Assembly: GCA_951406725.2 (NCBI GenBank)
Contig: OX597820.1
Coordinates: 113,274,001 to 113,338,000 of the forward strand
DNA: 64,000 bases
Direction: 5' to 3'
Origin: Octopus vulgaris
Lineage: Eukaryota
Below the pieces are notes generated by a model. That model worked only from the letters and a program-made list of their open reading frames with translations, was not told where the DNA came from and did no database searches. The first letter of the stretch is position 1, and every line of letters starts with the position of its first letter. Positions 54,287 to 64,000 of the stretch are shown here, piece by piece. Position numbers and translations under genes: made by a program.

Positions 54287-55521
54287 TTAGAAATAATATA
54301 TTTCTAAATCTCTCAGAGAGATTTATACAGTAGCAGCACGATGAAGTGATAGCATGTTGTCAACTTAATATGACAGTCACACAAACATGAAGTGTCCCCA
54401 GAAACAAGAGGTGGAACAGGAGGTAGAACAGGAGCAGCAGGAGGAGAAGGTGGAGCAAGGTATGGTGGGGAAAGGCCAGGTAAAGGAAATAATGCAAGCA
54501 GTAGAAGCGAAACACCCAGTCGGAAAGAGAAAGAAAAAGAAGGCGGAAAATACATTATCGCCTCCAAAAAGCCCGCAGAAAAAGAGAAAAGGTAATTTGG
54601 AGGAGATGCAGATAGATGGCGCAGAAGTAGCAAAAAAGAAAATTGCAGAAGAGAGAAAGAAATGAAAAAGAAAATATGCAGAAAGGAGCAACGAGGAGCG
54701 GCAGTAAGATGGACACCCAAGTACCAGGAACATGGGGAGAGAGTGGAGATGGAAAGTGGGAAGAAGTGGCGAAAAGAAGAAATGTGAGGAGGATGGTGGA
54801 ATACAAGAAGAGTATAGAGATAGAGAGGAGGATTACGAAGATGAAAATGTTACAAGAGTTAAGATAACGGGAAGTGAATATACACAGGATGACAGAGCGG
54901 TTTTGCTGGAGAGTGACAGAGCGGATAAATTAGAAAAACTGTTCGGTGAGCGGATTGAATTGACAAACCTGTGGTTTCGATGTGACGATCTGCCACCAGT
55001 GGTGCCATCTGAAGGCATTGTGCAATACTTTGTAGATGAATATAATAGTAAGTAAAACTGCAAAATTTTAATGTGCTTAAAAACAAAAAGAACCATAAAC
55101 TGTACACGAACATGAATTGCATAAACAGTTAAATGACACGGTTTGCGTATGGGGTGCAAACAAAACATTTCATTTTTCTCATTATATCACTATATTCATA
55201 TTCATTCGATTTTCGTTTTATGTACCCCACTGTATAGTGTTGTCTGTCTTTGTTCGTCCCTTCTTTCTAAGAGCTTTATGCTTATAATAAAGAAAAAGCT
55301 AGCAAGCCATGTTACTCCAGACTGATGATGAGCAATGACTCCGAAACTAGTCTCTGGGCGCGGGTTTTGCTGGGTGGAGGTGATTGTCTCCCCTTTGAAA
55401 ACATAAGGACACAGGAAATATGTCAAGTCCAACAGGAAAAGGTGTTTCTTAGGGCTAAATAACAGTAGCATTCTTCCCTTTTATGGGGCTGTCACATTAA
55501 GTTGACAACATGCTATCACTT
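54287..55521 (+). mobile_element. 1.2-kb insertion with 12-bp TSD, 33-bp inverted repeat, broken reading frame and intact HHR (55318-55356)
   Basis: TAATAAGTTAGG at 54275-54286 and 55522-55533; IR 54344-54376 / 55489-55521; CAGA-CTGATGA-TGAG-caatga-CTCC-GAAA-CTAG-TC-TCTG. Confidence 0.75.
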
Positions 55522-56144
55522 TAATAAGTTAGGATTATAATATTTTACAATGGGCGTTGCATAAATCGACAAAACGAGGCAGAAATATACAAGAGAAACA
55601 ACTATAAAACTATCTAGTAACGAATAATTAGAAAATTAATTTAAATAGGAACAAAATCTGGAAAAACCATTACGAGATAAAAGTTTATGACTAGAGCTGT
55701 GAGAATAATTTTTTTAATAATTGAAACCGTTATAATTTAAATTTAAAATAGAAATACAGAATGCCATAATACAATTATGGCAAGAAAAGCTCCGAAAGAG
55801 CCAATACTCGGCAAAAAACTAACAAAAACGGCGCTGAGAAGAATCAGCACATTAACTGGGAAGCGATTCTCAAAGAAGGTAGACAAGGAAAGAGTCATAA
55901 TTGCATAGGATCAAAGGCTTCTGACTAAAAACCACCAAAGACATGTAAGGAAACAAACTACATGAACTGCAGAATATGTGGAAATGAAAAACAGTAGTCC
56001 ACATTGTCTCTGGTTCCACAGTTTCAGCCAAGAAGAACACACCTACAGCATGATAAGGTTGAGGGCTTGCGTACACCGGACGTAATATCAGAGTTACGAA
56101 ATAACAAAATACGAACGAAGAGGCAGAATACACACATACACACG

Positions 56145-56204
<60 letters not shown>

Positions 56205-56239
56205 CACACGCACACACACATATATATATATATATACAT

Positions 56240-56276
<37 letters not shown>

Positions 56277-56849
56277 CCAGAAAAAGTCACAGAGAATGAC
56301 AATAGGAACATTCTCTGGTATATTCCAATATTCATAGAGAGAGGAAATAAGGTAACTCTACTAGCTATCGTTGTGCCTCCTAACTTTAGATGATAATATA
56401 TCTCTTATCGGAATGGATAAAATTTTCTAATATAATAATCTAAAAATAGGGATAATCGATATGCAGTGGCTGCAAACAAAGGAATCCCGTTATAATCGGT
56501 GTCTTTGAAAATGATCTAAAAACGTGCAAACACATAAGCAAAACCAAAGGACTTGAAAATATACACAACGTATGGACCCTGAATACATATTGTGTCCCTA
56601 TACAATACTTAAGTTATAAAAAAGGGCAAAACAAACGTTATTACATGCGTTCGGTAGAGCAGATAAAACACGCAATAACTGAAACAATGCTGACAACAAC
56701 AATAATAGTAATTCTTTCAATTATAGACACAAAGAGAATAATAATTCTTTCTTCGATAGGCACAATGCCTAGAATTGTGGGGTGAGGGGGAGGAGTTAGT
56801 CTCGATTACGTCGACCCCTGCAGTGCTAACGATTCGGCCAGCTCGCCAC

Positions 56850-56916
<67 letters not shown>

Positions 56917-56988
56917 GTAATAATAATAATAATGATTATGATGATGATGATGATGATGACGATGATGATAATAATGATAATAATAATG

Positions 56989-57054
<66 letters not shown>

Positions 57055-57344
57055 GTAATAATAGTAATGGTTTCTTTTTTAGCCACAAGGCTCTATTATA
57101 TACTACGTATATAATGTTGAAGTGTGTTAAACATTAAAAAAAAAATTATATTCATAAAGTTCAATGAGCTCTTTCAAACGTTCGTGGTAATCATCACATT
57201 CCAAAATGTATTAACTGACAGTTGACGACTGTAGTAAAATGACAGACTTCTTTTTTATACCTTTCAGAAAGCTCCGACAAGCCGAAGTTTTCGAATACGG
57301 TTTTGACCAATCAGCCTGCATCTCAAACGTCGGACAGAATTTCA

Positions 57345-57433
57345 CAAATAAAGATATGTACTGCAAAAGCAGAAATTTTATCTACTGCATTAAATGCCAT
57401 AATTGTGAGGAACTATATATTGGCAAGATATAA
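57345..57433 (+). pseudogene. Fragment of the Neptune-like GIY-YIG start
   Basis: MYCKSRNFIYCIKCHNCEELYIGK vs MNCKSRNLIYCIKCPNCEEIYVGQ in ORF2. Confidence 0.75.
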
Positions 57434-57889
57434 AGAGTTGAAACGCTGTTTGATTTATTCTTTCAGCGTACAATTTTCACCAATTTTGACATCACCCCTT
57501 CCTTCCTTATTCATAAACATAAAAGTATTATTATAGTAGAAAAAAATGCAAAACCCAGCAACATCAGCGGATCATTCTACACATCTGTTTTAACTACAAA
57601 CACACAGACTCACACTCATACCTCAACTTCTCCTCCTCCCACCCAAACACACCAAGCTTTCCAACCCCTATTCCTAATTTCTCCGTCTACGTAGGCTCTG
57701 TAGTGACGGCCATGAGTTTGAGACTCAGTCTCAACTCATGGCTCGCCACTTCATCATACGTGGATATCCCCTCACCACTACCCACACCGCCTTTGCCAGA
57801 GCACTTCCGTGTAACTGCTCTCTCTCCCCCGAACCCACCCTGCCGTCTCCCGCTTCCCGTTTCCCCTCACCTACCACCCCACCAACCTA

Positions 57890-58992
57890 CCTCTCCAACG
57901 CACCATTCTCCGAGCCCTTCTCTATACATCGGGCAAACGGAACGCGACGTTGCTGACCGGTTCGCGGAACACCTCCAAGGCATCCAACTCGGCAATGACA
58001 CCCCTGTCTCACGCCATTTCCGCTCTACCGGCCACTCTTTGCAACACCTCTCTGTCTTCGGATTTTCCTTGCACAGGGGCCATCTGGACTCCCGTTTGCG
58101 CAGTGAACAGGGATTAACCTTCTCTCTTCGCTCCTTTGCGCCACATGGACTCAACTTTCTTCTCCTCTTCATCAAACCTTCTCACCTCGCCTCTCTTCTC
58201 CTCACACCTACATCCTCCCACCCTCCTCTCCTCGCTTGCTCTGACTTCTACTTCTCGTCATTCCTACTCTCCTTCTCTCTTTTCTTCACTCCTACCCACC
58301 TTCTCCTTCCCCTTTATCGTCACCCCTCCCTTGTAACCCCACCCCACCCCTATACATTCCAACCCCACCTTCCCCATCTTTCCCATCCCACCCCAACCCT
58401 TCCCTTACACCCACTCCCACATACACCAACTCTACCATCACCCTCTGCCTAGCCACATACCCCACCTCTACCCCCACCCTCAGTTTAACCCACACCCACC
58501 CTTGTTTTCCCCACTCTCGCCTCACCACCTCCCGACACCATCACACCACACCACACACCACTACACCATACACCACCATACCATACAACACATCACATCA
58601 CACCACCACACATACACTAGCACTGAGCACTTCCCAGTACCACATCTTCACACCTACACATACACACACGCACACGTCATGATCACCAGTCCTCTTCCAC
58701 ACGCACATACATACTCTGTTATACACACGGACGCGCACCTTCATTTTGGAATAACCACTACTTTATTATCTCCCCTTCTTCTTAACTCTCCTGTGTGACC
58801 CTTCTGTCCGGCATTAACCATGATAGATCGCTAGCCACTACCTATTCTTTACTTTCCCTTCTTGTTCCTTTCTGTGGAAGAGCGTAGGCTCGTAAACGTT
58901 AAAGACTTTTTCACTTCCCGAACGTTAAACTAATACATCTGTTTGTTGTCTACACCACCTGTCTTCGTCTTTTGTTTTTTGTTTTGAATTCC

Positions 58993-58995
<3 letters not shown>
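57890..58995 (+). mobile_element. PLE 3' end (third lineage): GIY-YIG, C-rich 3' UTR, degenerate HHR at 58868-58904
   Basis: LYIGQTERDVADRFAEHL..PVSRHF..GHS..RLRSEQ..APHGLN; CTTT-CTGTGGA-AGAGCgtagGCTC-GTAAA-CG-TT-AAAG; ends in (TA)n. Confidence 0.8.
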
Positions 58996-59035
<40 letters not shown>

Positions 59036-59452
59036 CACACGCAGGTGTAGAAGTACTTTCTCGTATCAATGTATGTGCGAATCTTGTGTGGTTTGTTTAG
59101 GTATGTGTGTGTGTATGTATATGTGAATATGTGTATGCGTGTGAGATGTCGCGCGCAATATTCATTTTTTATTTTTATTTTGCCCTCTCTGTTTCTTACT
59201 TATGTATTTGCTTATTGTATGACATAACAAGCAAACGTCTGAATCTTTTGAATTATCCACGTGACATTATTACAATTTCTTTTAGAACATTCCATAAGGA
59301 AATATATTTATTTATTTATTTATTTATCAACAGTTATATAAGCAGACATATTTTCAACCTGTAACTAGTCTGGTAAGTGCCAACGCACGAAACCCTCGGA
59401 CCTTGAGTCACTCAGTTACTTCTGCTAAATATTAATAACACACAGACACACA

Positions 59453-59529
<77 letters not shown>

Positions 59530-59732
59530 TCAAAATGTGACCGCGTGTGTACCGTTGGCGATTTTTTTACCTCCGTCTTTCCTTCCTTTTCCTATTTTTC
59601 TGACGAAGAGCTCCGCTCGAAACGTTAAACCCTCCTTCTTCCCTTCCTTCCTGAGCGTCCAATAATACTATATTTGTTCCACGTCCTCGCGTTGTTGTGT
59701 TTTCTCTTTGCGTTTTCATGTTTGGATTAACT
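59530..59732 (+). mobile_element. ~200-bp solo pseudo-LTR-like piece with HHR at 59597-59629, between (TA)n tracts
   Basis: TTT-CTGACGA-A-GAGC-tcc-GCTC-GAAA-CG-TT-AAA. Confidence 0.72.
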
Positions 59733-59897
59733 ATATATATATATATATACATATGTATGTCTGTGTGTGAATATATGCATACATACACACATACACACAC
59801 ATACATACATACATACATACATACATACATACATACATACATAAATACATACATACATACATACATACAACATACATTCATACATACATACATATAT

Positions 59898-60230
59898 ACA
59901 AGATCCGAGAGTTTCGTACGTTGCCACTTATCAGACTAGTTGCTAGCCTCAAATCTCATCTGCGAACGCATGGAAAACGAACCTCCACCAAGTATTCTGC
60001 CTGTATGTCTGTGCACACCTTTGAATGCAGTGTATGCCAAAAGGTTTGCAAATCCAACGGAGGCTTCAAAAGACATTTTAAGATCCACAAAACAAAGAGC
60101 AGAACTTATCTGCAGCTCTTGGTGGTCCAAATCAGAGGTGCAATCTATGTGGCTACATCAGATGCCATGATGGTGCTAAGGTGTAGGTACAGGAGGTGGT
60201 CAAACTCTGCATAAGGAGTAGACAACCACC
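59898..60230 (+). mobile_element. 3' end of an RTE-like LINE with C2H2 finger remnants
   Basis: LKSHLRTH..FECSVCQKVCKSNGGFKRHFKIH; microsatellite-flanked; clade assignment is inference. Confidence 0.5.
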
Positions 60231-60379
60231 ATGTATGCATGTATCTATTTTTGCATGTATGATGAGATGGACGTGTCTCATGTCCAAGAAACGTAAAGTA
60301 GAAATGAGTTAAACTATCATTAACATTTAACTCAAACTAAATGAGATGAGTCCTACTTTCATTCGTGTGTCCATTAGTG

Positions 60380-61810
<1,431 letters not shown>

Positions 61811-62449
61811 GATGACGTCAAATTTCAATATCTTTGAATTTTCCCACAAAATGGCGAAAAAGTGAATAGAATTCATTAAAGAAATTGTTTAATTAATTCA
61901 TTTGTTGAAACACATTTCACCTTACTTTATTGAATATAACATCAAGAAAATTACTCTCTAATATATTTTGTTGTTGTTGTTGTTGTTAATGCTGCTGCTG
62001 TTTAGCCCTGGGTCAAACATGAGGAAGTAGATTAATGATCAAAGGTGTTTCACGTATTTTTGAACGTCACCCCTTTTTGTACTTCTGAAACTCCTTTAAA
62101 TGCAAAGGGGTTCTTACTCTTCTAATTAAGTCTAAATTTTGCTATTTTTCTCGAGGTAAAGTTTGATTTCAGAGGAGATATGTTGGTAGTTCATTTTACG
62201 TGGGCATGTACATGTTCTCTCGTTGGCTCTTTCTGGTGAATTTATCAGAAAACACTGGTGAAAAAGACCGCTGTCTCGATTTCAGATCGAAGCTTCTTTA
62301 CGTCACTTAAACCTGTTAAGTTTATTGACAAAATAATGTCATAACTTCCTATCGGTGTCTCTAATAAAGTAGTGTCAGACTTAACAGAGTCTTATTTTTG
62401 GATGTTCACACATTCTTATATTTAGATACACAGATGCAGCGTATATTGC

Positions 62450-62610
62450 AGGTCCGGTTATGTAGTTAAGAAGTCATCTTTGCAACCATGTGATTTCGGG
62501 TTCGGTCTCACTGGATGGCATATTGGATCAGTGTCTTCAACTATATCCCCGGACTGGCCAATACCTGTGAGTATAGACAGAAACTCAATGCAATCCCGCT
62601 GAATGTGTGC

Positions 62611-62643
<33 letters not shown>

Positions 62644-62770
62644 CGCCTGACAATCAGCATTGCATTTTTTTTACGTTCCCTAACTTAAAAGTACGTCACC
62701 CTAATAAAACAGTTCGCTAAAATAAGCACTAGACTTAAGAATAAGTACCGGGATCGATTCATTCGATATG
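62450..62770 (+). mobile_element. Diverged SINE of the 45182 family
   Basis: caaccatgtgatttcgggttcggtctcactg..gtgtcttcaactat..agaataagtaccgggatcgattc. Confidence 0.6.
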
Positions 62771-64000
62771 CATGTTCATACATGCATTTAGATTCACATA
62801 AAAAGAGCGCATATATTTGTATGTTAATATATATAGACAGATACGCAAAGACAAAGCACAAAAGCATTCACACGCACAAGGATAACGATAAAAGCACTTC
62901 GACGCATGCGCTGTTAGCTTTCTCTACAAGACTGCGATCTGCAGGGGGGGAGTAAATAATGTTCATTGAAGCCAGAGTAACGCAACAAATGACGCATATG
63001 AAGCTGGTGTTCTTTAGAATAGCAGTTAATTACTATTATGGTTACTCAGAATTGTTATTCGATACAATAGTTTCAATGTCCTTTCTTCTTCGTGGAAGGG
63101 TAGGTGGGGATAAAATAATGTACCAAAGCGATCTTTTCACTAAATTTGAGACCTTGGGGCTTTACAAGAAGTAGACCATTCTTTTAGAAAGTTCATCTTA
63201 GACAAATACAATACAAAGATATAAATATGCGTGTGTGTGTGTGTGTGTGTCTAGCTACTTATATATATAGGCGCAGGAGTGGGTGTGTGGTAAGTAGCTT
63301 GGTAACCTCTGAACTGTTCGGACGTGTTATTTTGCTGCTCCGGTTGCCACGTTGTTTCAACGTGAATTGTTGAACTTTCGACTCGACTGCAGGTAGGAAT
63401 TTTGTATTTTTGCGAGCGAAGTGAAGCTTTATTACTTGCATTAATGTATTTTAGCATTAAATATTTTTTAGCAGATAATAAGGCTCCATTTTGCTCCGGA
63501 TATAATTTTTCTGCCTGTTGTCGGGTGTGAAGAAAATTGTGTTTTTGAGGCGGCGTAGTCCGTCTACAAAAATTATTTTTGAAATTATCGTTGTGTTATC
63601 TACGGATTTACCAAGGATCATTTACCAAGGTGTCGTACCAACCATATACTTGGCCTGGAGTACAATTTTTGGCCTAAAAAGTGAAAAAATTCCTTTGTCT
63701 GAATTTGAACTCTCTTTCTCTGCCTATCATTCATTTGTAAAAAACTTTCTTTGAACTGCCATTTTAATTTTATTTCTTCCCTTCTGTTGCTTTTTTCATT
63801 CTCCTTTCTGTGTCTAATTTATTTTGTAACATTTTGAACTGTTTTTCTTAAGTTATGGCAAGGAATTTTACAGTGTGGGAATTAACACCTCCCAAAAAAT
63901 ATTTGAACGAACTTAAGGAAAAGACAGTTGTGCTGAGGACATATTCGAAGTCTCTCGACACCATAATGGTCTTTCCGAAAGACACAATTATGAACGAGCT

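Noticed and set aside
59921-60214. Host C2H2 zinc-finger gene
   Set aside because: One intact finger, frame-broken, no TGEKP linkers, flanked by microsatellites; better explained as a LINE 3' end

Overview
AT-rich, microsatellite-dense eukaryotic DNA made almost entirely of transposable elements. No host protein-coding gene could be supported. The tRNA-derived SINE families resemble those I recognise from octopus, so the source is probably a cephalopod (inference). Main contents: (1) a (TAA)n cluster at ~3.3-12.6 kb holding several same-orientation R4/Dong-type RLE retrotransposons. (2) A very young, apparently intact Penelope-like element (PLE; RT + C-terminal GIY-YIG) at 22.7-28.5 kb in partial-tandem form. 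It has an extra 430-aa upstream ORF that overlaps the ATG-less start of the RT frame across an in-frame U-UUU-UUU -1 slippery site. (3) About 16 minimal hammerhead-ribozyme (HHR) motifs from roughly ten sequence families. They occur in PLE 3' ends, in ~300-bp and ~470-495-bp retrozyme-like repeats, in a fold-back element, in a tRNA-headed SINE-like element, and in a TSD-flanked 1.2-kb unit carrying an unknown reading frame. (4) Decayed PLE, CR1-like, RTE-like, mariner and SINE copies. Most long ORFs in the supplied track are microsatellite artefacts. Coordinates were read by eye and ends of decayed elements are approximate.
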